NCBI GenBank assembly: GCA_024679065.1
Contig: JAGIQG010000009.1
Coordinates: forward strand, 107,632,001-107,696,000
From: Sphyrna mokarran
Lineage: Eukaryota
Reading direction: 5' to 3'
Length of the DNA: 64,000 nt
Shown here: positions 51,116 to 64,000 of the stretch, in pieces
How the letters are laid out: each line of letters starts with the position of its first letter
Position numbering within the stretch: the stretch's first letter is position 1
Position numbers and translations under genes: made by a program
The notes under the pieces: model-generated
What the model saw: the letters and a program-made list of their open reading frames with translations, nothing else
Databases searched by the model: none
Told to the model about the DNA's origin: nothing

Positions 51116-52537
51116 ATGTCTATGAAAAAACAGTTACCTATAAATTAATACTGTTTTAAGAACATAGAAAATAGAATCAGAGGCCATTCGGCCCTTCAAG
51201 ACTGCTCTGCCATTCATTTTGATCATGGCTGATCATCCAACCCAATATCCTGATCCCACTTTCCCTTACTATCTCTTGACAGAAATATAGAAATAAAACC
51301 AGTTGATGGCCATTTTAGGGACATCTGTTCCTACAGTCAGAAGGAAAGTAGTGTTCAGAGTTGACTGTGGAACATAGAAACGCGAGAAGGTTTTTCAGCT
51401 TCTCAAACCTCTTAGTTTTCCTGACTGAGTTGCTAATTTGAGAGCTAACTCCTTTGACCCATGTCCCTTCACACATCTGGCTCACGAAACATTGTCAAAT
51501 GTCAATTTCAAATGTAACAAATCAAAAGTCAGTTGCTTGAATATTCTAACACTGGAGCAGACTCGATAGGCCGAGTGGCTTAATTCTGCTCCTTATTAAA
51601 ATTTATTTATTAGAATTACCAGTAGGCTTAAATAATACTGCAATTAAGTTACTATGAAAATCCCCTGGTCCTCACACTCTGGCACCAGTTCGGGTGCACT
51701 GAGGGAGAATTTAGCCAATGCACGTAACTAGCACGTCTTTTAGACTATGAGAAGAAATTAGAGCACCTGGAAGAAACCCATGCAGACACAGGGAGAAGAT
51801 GCAGACTCCACACAGACAGTGACCCAAGCCAGGAATCAAATGCGGATCCCTGCTGCTATGAGGCAGCAGTGCTAATCATTATGCCACCCATTCCCTGAAG
51901 AACTGAGTAATTTTATTCCTTAATGATCTGGTTATCTTTTACAGACTGTGCCCACTAGTTCTGGCTTCTGAACCAGCGACAATAATTTCCTTCTCTTTAC
52001 CCTATCACCTCCTTTTTAATATCTTGAATACTTTGATCAAACCTTTTTTGTTGCATGGAATATCACCCTAGTTTCTACATATATTTCCTGGTAATTTTAT
52101 CCTGAAATTTTGTTAGGCTGCTTTTCCTCCACGGTCAATATATCCTCCTGAGGTGTGGTGCCTTGACCTGGTCCAGTTGCAGTTGTACCAGGATTCTGTA
52201 TTGGTGAAACATAATTTCTATCTCCCAACTAATTGTATAAAATTCTGGTTAGGCCGCATTTGCACTATTATTACACTGAAGTTAAAGTATAAGTAAAGTT
52301 TATTTATTAGTCACAAGGCTTACATTATACTATAATGAAATTGCCCCTAGTCGCTAGACCCCAGTACCTATTTGGATCAGCGCACCTAACCAGCATGTCT
52401 TTCAGACTGTGGGAAGAAACCAGAATACCCAGAGGAAACCCACGCAGTCATGGGGAGAATGTGCAGACTCCACACAAACAGTGACTTAAGCTGCAAATCG
52501 AATCCAAGTCCCTGTGAGGCAGTAGTACTAATCACCA

Positions 52538-53045
52538 GAAGGACATTGAAGCTTTGGAGAGAGTTCAAAGGAAGGTTCACCAGGATGTTTCTTGTTCCCA
52601 AGGGTGTTGGCTATGAAGAGAGGTTGAGTACACTAGAATTCTTTTCACTGGAAAGACATGAGGGGAGATATGATAATGGTCTTCAAAATTATGAGAGGCG
52701 TAGACAGGGTGAATGGTCAGAGGATTTTCTCAGGATGGAAGTGTCAATTACAAAAGGATACAGGTTCAAGATGAGAGGGGAAAGTTTAAAGGAGATGTGT
52801 GGGGAACGTTTTTCATTCAGAGAGTGGTGGGTACCTGGAATGCACTGCCAGAGGAGGCAGTGGAAGCAGACATATTAGCAACATTTAAGAGGCATCTGGA
52901 CGGGTACATGAATAGGGAGGGAATGGGGGATACAGACCAAGTAAGGGCAGAAGGTTTTCTTTAAGTTTAGTTAGGACATCGTAATCAGCAAGGGCTTGCA
53001 GGACCGAAGGACTTGTCCCTGTGCTGGATTGTTTTTAGTTCCTGC
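52538..53045 (+). mobile_element. CR1 3' fragment
   Basis: FTRMF, YEERL, FFIQRVVGTWNALP. Confidence 0.85.
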
Positions 53046-54207
53046 TTCTCGCATATTCCCGTGCTCTCGGTATGAAAGCATCCCATTAACCTCTTTAATT
53101 ATTCCCTTTGGCTGCTCAAGACAACAGTCTGTCTTTGCACTGTTACCTCAAGTCTCTTTGGGCACACTAACTTTCCACAATTTAGAGAGTGTTGTCTTAT
53201 CATCTTCAGTTCCAAAGTGAATAATCGCTCATACAACTGTGTTGAAATATTTTCACATTTATCTAATCTTCTAATATTATTTTGCAATGTTGCACCTCCA
53301 TCTGTACTGCTTACGATGCTACTTTCACAGATTTGTGCACTTGGCAAAATTGGATACGTGGCTTTGTATTCCACATTCAAAGTTGTGAATGGGTTCAGTC
53401 AATGATTGAGACCCCAAAACAGATCACATTCCTTATCCCGTTAATATGACCAATGAATGATGGGAAAAGTCAACAGGTCTGGCACTGTCTGTGGAGAGAG
53501 GAATATTGTTTTGAGTCTAGCATGATTCCATCAGAAATGGGTAGAAACAGAAATGTGGTGGGCTATACGCAGTTACAAAAGTTTGGAGGACGGAGGGTGC
53601 AGGTGGAATTAAAATAGGCCAGGGATATTTTAGAGATCAGGAGAGATTAAGTGATCAAGATGCAATTGGACACAAGAAAAAAGAGTGTGAATGCCAGTAT
53701 TAAAGACTAAAGCAGGTGTTAATAGCAGAGTTAAGATCAATACTATCTGAAAACAAAATTACAGAATGTGTTAATAGCTGGAAAGGGGGATAAAGCTTTC
53801 TGAAAGTGAAACATGAGAACAAGACCCAGATTAGTAGTAGTGGGTGAGGAGTATCCAAAGGATGGGAAGACTTTGTGGTCTAAAGTTATTAAGCTCAATA
53901 TTGAGTCCAGAAAGCTGTAAAGTGCTTATTTAGAAGATGAGGCTCTGTTCCTTCAGCTTGTGTTGGGCTTCATGGAGACACAGCACAGGTCCAGAACACA
54001 AATGTGATCATGACAGACATGGTGGGGAATTGGAGCCATGTGTCAGCCATACACAATTAATGTTTATTTCTAACTGGAATATTCTTATGAAGACTATATT
54101 GGCCTTGAGAGAAATGCAATGTGCCTGGATTCCAAAGGTTTGATTGAGACAGATTGATAAATATCTTCCACTTTCCTGCATTAACTATCTTTTTTTTACA
54201 CCTTTAG

Positions 54208-54226
54208 CCCAAGAATGCTGATTGCG
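54208..54226 (+). CDS. Gene 2 candidate cytoplasmic micro-exon (PKNADC-D)
   Basis: Acceptor tcttttttttacacctttag|C, donor G|GTAAAG, 19 nt. Phase 0 to 1 bridges the TM exon and the last exon. Confidence 0.55.
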
Positions 54227-54462
54227 GTAAAGATCTGATTATGCAATCTCCGACATCTAAAATTCATATGAGAAGCTTGGCGATCTGAGAAAAATGACAT
54301 GGAAGTTCATTTGGAATAGACAAAAGTTCTTTCACTCCAACCCCACCCACATCCTCCGCCATAAAACTTGTGACAAACATTGCTACCTTTACATCGTAAA
54401 CTTGCATTTTGCCCAAAGATGAAAGTTTTGTTTATTTGTGAGCTGTTTTGTTTTAATTGTAG

Positions 54463-54509
54463 ACGCATATTTACCATTTTCTGATCCAGAGAAGTTTGAA
54501 GAAGCTTAA
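54463..54509 (+). CDS. Gene 2 candidate last coding exon (DAYLPFSDPEKFEEA*)
   Basis: Acceptor ctgttttgttttaattgtag|AC. The full model sums to 582 nt (193 aa). An AT-rich 3' region follows, with AATAAA at 54665-54670. Confidence 0.55.
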
Positions 54510-54664
54510 ATTAAGTGTGGCTTAATTGCTCACTGAATATCATGTTGTGAACTGCAAAGTCAAGCGCTAGTGTTACATTTTTTTCTGTATTTATGCTGTT
54601 ATTAATGTAGGGCTGTGTATTCATTGGGAAAAGCTGTGAATGTATTTAAGAAACTAATGTTAGA

Positions 54665-54670
54665 AATAAA
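54665..54670 (+). terminator. Candidate poly(A) signal of gene 2
   Basis: AATAAA about 155 nt after the predicted stop. Confidence 0.4.
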
Positions 54671-55274
54671 ATCAGGAGGAGGCTATTTAATTGAGAACAT
54701 TCAATTAAATTGTAGTTGATCTGGTAGCCTTAACTCCATTTTATTGCCCATACCCCACAGCCACCACCTTCTTCCCCCATCCCCTGTCCCGTGACCCTCT
54801 TATAGATCTGCCTCCTTCAGTATGCATATAGATATATACCAAAATAAAATCTACACATTTTGTTGGTCCAAACTTTGGATCTCTGTTCCATCACCATTCA
54901 AAACAACACCGGAGTTCAGCAACCTCGGAATGAGAATTCCCTCCTCCACTTTCACCTCATTTCCATTTGTTCTATTTTATTTCTATCTTATTCATCTATT
55001 TTTATTACTTTATATTCTTAATTTAACTTTCCACCTCTAAAATCTCACTTTCCATCTTGATTACCGCCCCCTACAGCAAATTGTTACATTCCTTAGGTTG
55101 TCCTTTGACACTCTGCACCTTTGGTTTTTTTTTTACACACATTCCAATCTCTTCATGGACTCTGTTAGCACCATTCTCAATCTTTATCACCATTTATATT
55201 CCGTGTCTTTTCATCTAGTTAATTCCTATCAATTACTGCCATCTCTAAGTTCCTCACTCTTTTATTATAGATTT

Positions 55275-55500
55275 GGAGATGCCAGCATTGGACTGGGGTG
55301 GGCACAGTAAGTCTCACAACACCAGATTCAAGTCCAACAGGTTTATTTGGAATCACAAACTTTTAGAGTGCTGTTCCCTCATCAGGTGAGTTTGGAATTT
55401 CTTTGGAATCAGTCATCTTAAAAAGGAGCAGTGCTCCAAAAATTCGTGATTCCAAATAAACCTATTGAACTTTAACCTGGTGTTATGAGACTTCTTACTG
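55275..55500. mobile_element. Older Penelope-type palindromic element
   Basis: Inverted arms homologous to 33250-33470. Confidence 0.7.
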
Positions 55501-57254
55501 CCCTCATAGTATAAATTTTGTCCAATTTTTCTTTGTCTTCAAGTATGACAAAGGGTGGTTTGAAAAGTTGGCTCTACTCTCCCTCCGCAGATGCTGTCAG
55601 ACCTGCTGGTATTCTGCAGCATTTTGTGCTTTTGTTTCAGATACCAGCATCCACAGTATTTTGCCTTTACCAATAAACGATGCAACTTTTCCAAAGATCT
55701 TAAATAGATCTTAAATAGATCCCATTGCATGTTAAAAAAAAAGTGCAGCTTGGTACCTGCATTCGACATGTCTAATTGGTAATGGTGTGGATGACCTGCT
55801 TGTAAGTTAATGGGTGAATGTTTACTACATGTTCACATGTTTGTTTGGAAACGGCATTGGATGTCAATCTATAAGGCAGCAGAACAGGTTACTTTATGAA
55901 GAAATCAATTTGAACACTTATTCCAGGATTTTTCTCAATTACTTGGGATGGCCAGGAAAATATTCATAAAGACTTCCCTGTCAGAAAGTTAAGTAATTAT
56001 AGTGCCTTCATGATGAGATGAATGGTGTAGGATCAGCAGTCTAAGCACCTTACATTGCTTTCTTTATGTACATAGCTACCAAGCCTCAACAGATTTGCAC
56101 CAGGAAATTGGTTTACTGGAATAACTGTTGCGATATTGTAGAAGTAAATGATTATTATGTGAATGTGTTAAAATATTTCATGTGTTAAGAGGAAATTGTG
56201 CATCCCCGCTTCTGTGACTGGCGAGATTTTTTCACTTTTTCTGCTAAAGGCTTGATGTGGAATGTATTAAAAGTGTTCCAATTAATGCTTGTTTCATGTA
56301 AGTGTAATGTTTATTTCCTGTAACACTTTGCTGGTCACGCTGTTATGCAATTGAGTAATTGATGACACACCCTCGGTAAGTGCCGCATCAAGCAGACTTT
56401 TCTGACATCAGTTCTAAGATTTTAAGATTCGATTTACCAAGTTGTAGAATTATAGTTGACAGGAAATCACATCACCCAATTGTCCAATTCACTATGGTCC
56501 ACACTAAGTTTATTCAAGCCAAGTGGTTAAGACTGAAAATATAATGTAATTGTAATTCTACTTATTGCATTTACACTTCAATGCCACTTAGATTCATTTT
56601 AAGGTTAGAGGTTAACATATCCATTGCTCATTAGAATATATAGGGGACTTTTGATGGTGCATACTTGTAGGCAAAACTGTATTTACTGCCCACTCATGGT
56701 GTTGAGGAGGCACTGAGAGGCAATCATTTACTATGCAACTAGAATCAAATATAGGACAGGCCATTCATCAATCTGTTGAATATAAATTTCAAGAAGGAAT
56801 TAAAGTTTATTTAGTCTTGTCACAAGTTGTCTCACATTAACACTGCAATGAGGCTACTGTGAAAATCCTCTAGTCGTCACACTCCTCCGCCTGTTCAGGT
56901 ACACTGAAAGAGAATTTAGCACTGCCAATGCACCTAACTAGCACATCTTTCTAATTTCAACTGTGGGATGAAATTAGAGGAAACCCACGTAGATACAAGG
57001 AAGAAGGTGCAGACTCTGCACAGACAGTGACCCAAGCCGGGTCACTGGCACTATGAGGCAGCACTGTTAATCACTATGCCACCGTGCCGCCCCAGGAGTT
57101 ATTTATATGTAATCTGTTAAGTGATATAGAATAATAATATTATATCATATTATGCAATGTCAAGTAGCTGCTTCATTTGGCATTTCTACAAAGCAAAATG
57201 CCCATTTCAGAGAATATTGTGAACTGGGCGACCGTATGCTGCAGAACCACAATA

Positions 57255-57402
57255 TTGTGGAGATGCCGGTGTTGGACTGGAGTAAACACAGTGAGAAGTC
57301 TCACAACACCAGGTTAAAGTCCAATAGGTTTATTTGGTCTTTATTTGGTCTCCAAATAAACTTGTTGGACGTTAACCTGGTGTTGTGAGACTTCTTACAG
57401 TG
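57255..57402. mobile_element. Internally deleted Penelope-type palindrome
   Basis: gaagtctcacaacaccaggttaa...ttaacctggtgttgtgagacttc with the central hammerhead region missing. Confidence 0.7.
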
Positions 57403-57427
57403 TGTATCACAATATTGCCAGCAGATG

Positions 57428-57750
57428 GGACGGCACGGTAGCACAGTGGTTAGCACTGCTGCTTCACAGCTCCTGGTTTTGATTCCTGACTCGGGTCACT
57501 CTCTGTGTGGAGTTTGCACATTCTCCTCACATCTGAAGTTTGCTTCAGTTTCCTCCCACAGTCCGAAGATGTGTGGGTTAGGTTGATTGGCCATGCTAAG
57601 AAATTGCTCCTTAGTGTCCAGGGATGCGTAAGTTAGAGGGATTAGTGGGGATAATAGGGATATGGGGGTAGGGCCTGGGTGGGATTGTGGTAGGTGCAGA
57701 CTCGATGGGCCAAAGGGCCTCTTTCTGCACTGTAGAATTCTATAATTCTA
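57428..57750 (+). mobile_element. HE1/V-type SINE, CR1-type tail
   Basis: Full-length copy. Further copies at about 24618, 32305, 33610, 36500, 38950, 41177, 46998, 51600, 52290, 56800, 58965, 61655 and 63560. Confidence 0.8.
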
Positions 57751-58390
57751 TATCAATAATTGCACCAGAACAGTTGCCGCTATCTGGTTCCCGTCGCTTT
57801 TGAAGGGAAAGACACATTAGTTAATTTTCTCAGCTAGTTGGTAAACAGCATACAGATTAAGTGTGTATCACATTTCAAATAAGCAGCTAGTATTTTTATG
57901 TAAATGAAGGGGAAATGCTGCCACAGGTCCTTATCCTCTTATGAACTTAGTGCCCTGTAACTTTCTTGTACTTAAATTCTCTGTGCAATGACTGCAAGTG
58001 TCACTTCCCCTGCATCCTGCCACTGGGTCTGTCAATGTATCAAACTGTTTGCTGATGAAGCCGTTGTCGATTGTCGAAAAACCCCATCTGCTTCACTAAT
58101 GTCCTCACAGCAGCAGCAACACAGGTTCAATACTGGCCTTGGGTAACTGTCCGTATGGAGTTTGCACATTCTCTCGTGGGTTTCCTTGGGGTGTTCCAGA
58201 TTCCTACTAGAGTCCAAAGATGTGCAGGATAGGCCCTGCTAAAAAGACACATTAGTGTCCAAACATGTGCAGTTTGGGAGGATTAGCCACGCTAAATTGC
58301 CCCTTAGTTTTCAATTCCGGCGTTTAGGTGACTGTGCGGAGCTTGTGTGTTCTCCCTGTGTTCCTTCCAGGTTCTCCAGTTTCTTACCAC

Positions 58391-58650
58391 AGTCCAAAGA
58401 TGCGCAGATTAGGTGGATTGACCATGCTAAATTTCCTCTCAGTCTCCAAAGACATCAGGTTAGGTGGATTGGCCATGCTAAATTTCCCCTCAGTGTGAAA
58501 AGATGTGCAGGTTAGGTGGATTGAGATGATAAATTGCTCCTCAGTGTGCAAAGATGTGCAGGTTAGGTGGATTGGCCATGCTAAATTGCCCCTCAGTGTC
58601 CAAAGATGTGCAGGTTAGGTGGATTGGCCATGCTAAATTGCACTTTAGTT
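58391..58650 (+). repeat. About 52-bp tandem repeat (about 5 units) derived from a SINE internal segment
   Basis: Unit agtgtccaaagatgtgcaggttaggtggattggccatgctaaattgcccctc repeated head to tail. Confidence 0.85.
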
Positions 58651-59769
58651 TCCCAAGATGACTGGTTTACATGGATCAGCTATGTATGAGGTTATGGCAA
58701 TAGTTTGGGATGATGGGGCTGATTAGGATATTCTGTCACAGAGTTCATGCAGACTTGATGGGCCAAACGGTCTCCTTATGCATTATAGGTATGCAATGTA
58801 GTCAAGATAGGGTGTGTGACCACCAATGTGTCGCTTCCTGTTTAAAATAACTCCTGGAGAATACATGAGTGGTCACTTCCCTTTTGTTAAACCAATCCCC
58901 ATGGGAAGGAGATCTGTGTTGCTTCTGAAACCGATACAAAAGGGGAACCCAGTAATGAGAACTTTATCTGTGTGGAGTTTGTACATTCACCCCGTGTCTG
59001 CGTGGGTTTCTTCCGGGTGCTCCGGTTTCCTCCCACAGTCCAAAAATTTAGGTTGATTGGCCATGCTAGGTTGACCCTAGCTTCAGGGTGTAAGCAGAGT
59101 AAATATGTGGGGTTACAGGAATAGGGCCTGGGTGAGATTGTAGTTGGTGCAGCCTTGATGGGCCAAATGGCCTCCTTCTGCATTGTAGAGATTCTATAAT
59201 TCTACGATAACTGAGCCAGGTACGTTTGAACCTAATGGCCATGGTTAGCATTACTGAGGAGCGATTCATATTCCAGATTTTTTGTGATTGAATTTAAATT
59301 CTATCATTTGCTGTGATTAGAACCTGGGTGCCAGGGTTACTAGTCCCGTTATATTCACATTACATCACTGTTTCCCCTCCGGTGAGTCTGCAGCTGGGGA
59401 GGTGGCAGCAATCGGTAACAATTTTCCTGTCGGCAGTGAGAACACCTCAACACGTGGATTGCCTTCTGAAAATGTTGGAGAGGGGAGTTCTGCAGCAGGT
59501 AGGGTCACTGGTATGGAGTGAATACTCAACGGGCCTTCCCAGCATTGATTACTTGGTGGGGTCTCCATTGGGACATTGAGCATCTAACTTAGAAGCATAT
59601 CCTGTCCCCACTTCACCTCCATCCTTCCCATGATCCTTATACCCCCAGCAATATCTCTCGCCCCAAACAAGCTCTGTCACCTACCAATGATATGAGTCTG
59701 TCATTTGTGGTCATACTTTTTTTAAACTGTGGGAGGTAACCAGAGCACCCAGAGGAAACCCACGCAGAC

Positions 59770-60085
59770 TAACAGAAAGAAGAGGACACCTCCATCAGGG
59801 AAAAACCCTCATTGGTGCGCTAAAAATAATAATTGTTCTCTCTAATCACATTGTCTGCATTTGTAAAGACTTGATTACCTGTTAAAACTCACATTCCAAC
59901 CATTATCTTCTAATTGAGTTTGTGTCTATATATGCCCTGTTTGTGAAACAAATCCTGCACTCACCTGATGAAGAAGCAGTTCTCCTAAAGCTCGTGCTAC
60001 CAAATAAACCTGTTGGACTTTAACCTGGTGTTGTGAGATTACGTATTGTGCCTACCCCAGTCCAATACTGGCAACTCCACATCAA
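59770..60085 (+). mobile_element. Penelope-type 3' end/pLTR fragment; related copy at about 43120-43430
   Basis: cattccaaccattatctt...cacctgatgaag...caaataaacctgttggactttaacctggtgttgtgaga shared between copies. Confidence 0.6.
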
Positions 60086-62067
60086 AACAATAATTAGTAG
60101 CCAATTTTTTTTTACCTGCTTGACATTATTTTCTATCCGTCAATTACTAATTCCTGTGGAGAATGAAGTGTGCCGAGGATCCGTTCTCCTATTCTCTGCC
60201 CACTTCTTCTCCCAACCCACCCCTTCCCCCGCCATTTCACTGCCTCCAAATCGGGAAGGGAAAATCAAGTTCATAGGGAAGGAAGCATAAAAGATGTAAA
60301 CCTTGCCTGGCCTACTCGTGACTCCAAACCCATCGATATGTGGTTGACTCTGAGATGCCCTCTGAAATGGCCTAGCGAGACAGTCGGTTGTATCCAACCA
60401 CCACAAAGGAATGAAATGGAGAGACCACCCAGCATTGACTCAGGCACCAGAAACAATAGTGATAAACCGAGCCATGTCAACCACGTTGAATTCGCTCTAT
60501 CAACATCTGAGGATTTGTGCCAAAATGAACAGAACTATCTCATAGACTAGTTACATGGTCACATACTCAGAATCAGATAATATGCCAGACACAACCATCG
60601 CCATTCCTGGCCATGTCCTATCTCAGAAGCAGGCTGAACACCACTCAGGAAGAAGAACTGAGGATGGGAAAGGCACAGATTGTATTCTTGGTAGAGAACT
60701 TCCATGTCCATCACCAGAAGTGGCTTGGTAGCAAAGTCATAGATCGGGTGCTAAAGGACTTAGTTGCGAGACTGTGACTGTGTCACACGGAGAGTGAACC
60801 AAAAGGAGAGAAAAACATGACTTCATTCTCACCAACCCATCTGCCATTGATGCCTCTATGTGGGATAGACTTCAAGCAGATCTAGCAACTAAAAGCAGGA
60901 CAACCATGCTGTGGACCACTAGCATCAGCAGAATTGTATTCAACCACAATCTATAACCTTATAGCCTGGCATATACCAGGCCATTTGTTCCCCCACCCCT
61001 AATTGTCATTGAGAATGCGGTGGTGAGCCACCTTCTTGAAGTGCATTCGGTGTAGGTACACTGCAGTGCTGTTAGGGAGGAAATTCCAGGAGTTTGACCC
61101 AGCGACAATGAAGGAAGGGTGATATATTTCCAATCAGGATGGTGAGTGACTTGGAGGGGAACACAAGTGGTGGTGTTCCCATGTGTCTGCTGCCTTTGTC
61201 CTTCTAGATTGTAGTGGTCATGCATTTGGAATATGCTGTCGAAGGAGCCCGGGTTGAGTAGCCACTGTACATCCTGTAGCTAGCATATACGCCTATCACT
61301 GGGCATCGGTGGTAGAGAGATTGGGCGTTTGTAGATGGGGTGCCAATCTGGCAGGCTGCTTTGCTCCAGTTCGTGTAGAGCTTCTTGAGTGCTGTTGGAG
61401 CTGCACTTATCCAGACAAGCAAAGCCAGTGATTAGGAACTTTGGTAGTGTGGAGAGACTGGAGAATGGGATCATTCAAGTGAGCTGGAAAAGATTAAGAG
61501 CAAATACAATAAAGATGTTCAAAACCATAATGGGTTTGGCTGAGAAAGTAAAGAGAAATTCTTTTCAAAATTACAGATGCAATTGAGTGGCAATCAGAGG
61601 ATATATATTTCACGTTAAGGGTAATAGGACCAGAAGCAACATGGAAAAATAACAGTGGCACAGTTGTTAGCTTCCTCACAGCGCCAGGAACCTGGGTTCA
61701 ATTCCCAACTGGGGTCACAATCTGTGTGGACTCTGTCCATTTTCCCACCATCTGCATGAGTTTCCTCTGGGTGCTCTGATTTCCTCCCACAGTCCAAAAG
61801 CCGTGTTGGTTAGGTGCATTGGCCCTGCTAAATTCTCCCTCAGTGTACTGCACAAGTGCTGGATTGTGGCGACTAGGGGATTTTCACAGTAAGTGTTAAT
61901 TAATGTAAACCCACTTGTGACACTAATGCATTGACCTTAAATTATTATCAGCTGGAGTGAGTAAACTAAAAGCTGATTTAACAGTTGGTATGGAATACAC
62001 TTGTAATGGTTGTAGGAGTTGATGTATTGGTAACTTTTAACAGGGATTCGGATAAATGCTTGAAAGG

Positions 62068-62740
62068 AAATGCATGCAGGGCTAGTTGAATATTACTTAA
62101 GTGGAGAAAGACTACAGAAAACAGCAGCACAGAATGATTTGGAATACTGGAATACCACACCTGGAATATCTGGAATACTGGAATACCTGGAATACCACAC
62201 CTGGAATACTGTAAATAGTTTTGTGCCCCTTTGCTACAGAATAATATATTGATATTGGAGACAATGCAATGAAATTTCACAAGGTTGATCCTGGGTATGG
62301 ATGAATTTTCTTTTGAGGAGGGGTTAAGTGCTCTTGTCATCACTGGACAATGAAAAATGATCTAGTTAAGCTATATCAGACTCTCAGGGATCTTGACCAA
62401 GTAGATTATGAGAGGTTGTTCCCCTTTGCAGGAGAGTCTAGGACCAGAGGACATAATCTCAAAGTAAGATGTTGCCCATTTAAGACAGAGACGATGAGGA
62501 TTTCTTCTCTAAGAACATAGTGAAAGTGTGGAATTCAGAGGACTGTAGAGGTTCGGTTGTTACATATATTCAAGGGTGAGAAATACAGATTTTTAATCCA
62601 TAAAGAAATAAAGGATTATGGGATAAGGTTGGAAAGTGGAGTTGTGGATTATCATAACAGATCAGTCATGATCTCATTAAATAATGGGGTAGGCTCGATG
62701 GGCAGAATTCCCTACTTTGATTCCATGTTTTATGGTCAAG
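62068..62740 (+). mobile_element. Decayed CR1 3' fragment
   Basis: HLEYC-like repeats, FPFAGESRTRGH and 3'UTR. Confidence 0.75.
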
Positions 62741-64000
62741 GTTACACAGGGGTAGAATTGTGTCTATTTAACATTCACAAGATGCACTGCAGCAACTCAC
62801 TAAGGCTTCTTCAACATCAACTGCCAAAGTGTGACAACTAACATCTGGAAAGACAAAAGCTGCAGATAAATGAAAATATCACTATCAAAACGGTTGATTG
62901 GACATGCTAAATTGCCCCTTAGAGTCACGGGTTTAGCAGGGTATGAAACAATGGTTTCATCGGTAGATTATTAATTCCAGACATTTTTTATTGAATTGAA
63001 ATTCCACCGAGATTCAAACCCAGGTTCCTCAGAACATTAGCTGAGTTTCTGGATTAATAGCCCATTGATAAAAACCACTAGAGCATTACCTCCTCTCATG
63101 TTTTGCTGGGGACTGTGACGACTTTAATCAGGCAATTGAGGTTGGCCTGTTCGAGTATGAATCCCTGATTGAGAGCTACATAGGGTTTGGAGATAGGGCT
63201 TGGGTGGGATTATTGTCGCTGCAGTCTCAATGGGTCAACTGTCGCGATTGTATGATATATCTGTCCTTATATGTAAGCCTAAGTTCCCTTTGCAATTGAA
63301 CCTGCTTCCAACACCCTCTCAGCTCATTAGCACTATAACAGTAACAACATCGCACTCCGTGAAAAAAATCTTAATCATGTTCACCCGCCTCCCTATTTTT
63401 TTTGCCATTTATTTTAATCTCTTCCTTTTGTTTGCTGATCCCCTCCCCTCCCCCTCCTCCACCTCCGAACCCCACACGACCTGCATTATCACTTTCAACA
63501 ACTCTATGAATCTTAAATTCACTTTAACATAGCAACACGGACATAGAGTTTACAATTTAAAGTTTAGTCATTAGTCACAGGTAAGGAACACCGCAATGAT
63601 GTTACTGTGAAACTTCCTCAGTCGCCACAACTCGGTGCCTCTTCGGGTCAATGCACCTAAGCAGTATGTCTTTCAGACTGGGGGAGGAAACCCACACAGA
63701 CAAGAGGAGAATGTGTAAACTCCACACAGACGGTGACCCAAGCAGGGAATTGAACCTGGATCCCTAGTGCTATGAGTCAGCGGTGCTAACCACTGTGCCA
63801 CTGCCTAGAACAAGGAAGTTACGTTGTATTTTATGAGTGATTTCAAGACAAAGACAAATGAGGAAACAGGAGAATAAAGAATGGGTAAGAGAGGCAGGGT
63901 GGAATGGATAATGATAGATCATTTAAGCAACAACGAGAAAATTGTTTCCTTCGCTTCGTGACTGCACAGTTGAATCTTTGAGTATCTTTCTGTATGGCTT

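Noticed and set aside
56307-56380. Leader-like MFISCNTLLVTLLC with a nearby GTAAGT
   Set aside because: An in-frame stop precedes the donor and no downstream V exon is visible in the window.
58391-58650. CRISPR-like array
   Set aside because: No unique spacers; the units are tandem SINE fragments in vertebrate DNA.

Overview
Eukaryotic genomic DNA, very probably from a shark (cartilaginous fish), judged from the dense tRNA-headed HE1/V-type SINEs, CR1 LINEs, a Rex/Babar-type LINE and Penelope-type palindromes. Most ORFs in the supplied track are repeat noise. Manual splice-phase reading recovers two divergently oriented, non-rearranging single-VJ-Ig-domain receptor genes of the NCR3/NKp30 family. 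Gene 1 (minus strand): leader 14293-14251, V 11436-11083, then two paralogous transmembrane exons. TM-A (9002-8865) has no N-terminal Arg and is followed by a 23-nt stop-containing micro-exon. TM-B (6891-6782) carries the NKp30-type Arg, and its C-terminus, stop codon and a poly(A) signal come from an inserted SINE. Gene 2 (plus strand): leader 42208-42265, V 47921-48265, a Lys-containing TCR-beta-like TM exon 50630-50742, a 19-nt micro-exon and a last exon 54463-54509 (193 aa). The most interesting candidate system is a duplicated-TM-exon switch that could join one NKp30-like ligand-binding domain to different signalling anchors. Also notable: a 102-bp-arm hairpin with minimal hammerhead ribozyme cores in the V-TM intron, a U1+U2 snRNA chimeric fragment, possible relics of an ITIM-bearing paralogue, and a local templated insertion. 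All gene models come from sequence inspection only and need transcript confirmation. Repeat boundaries are approximate.
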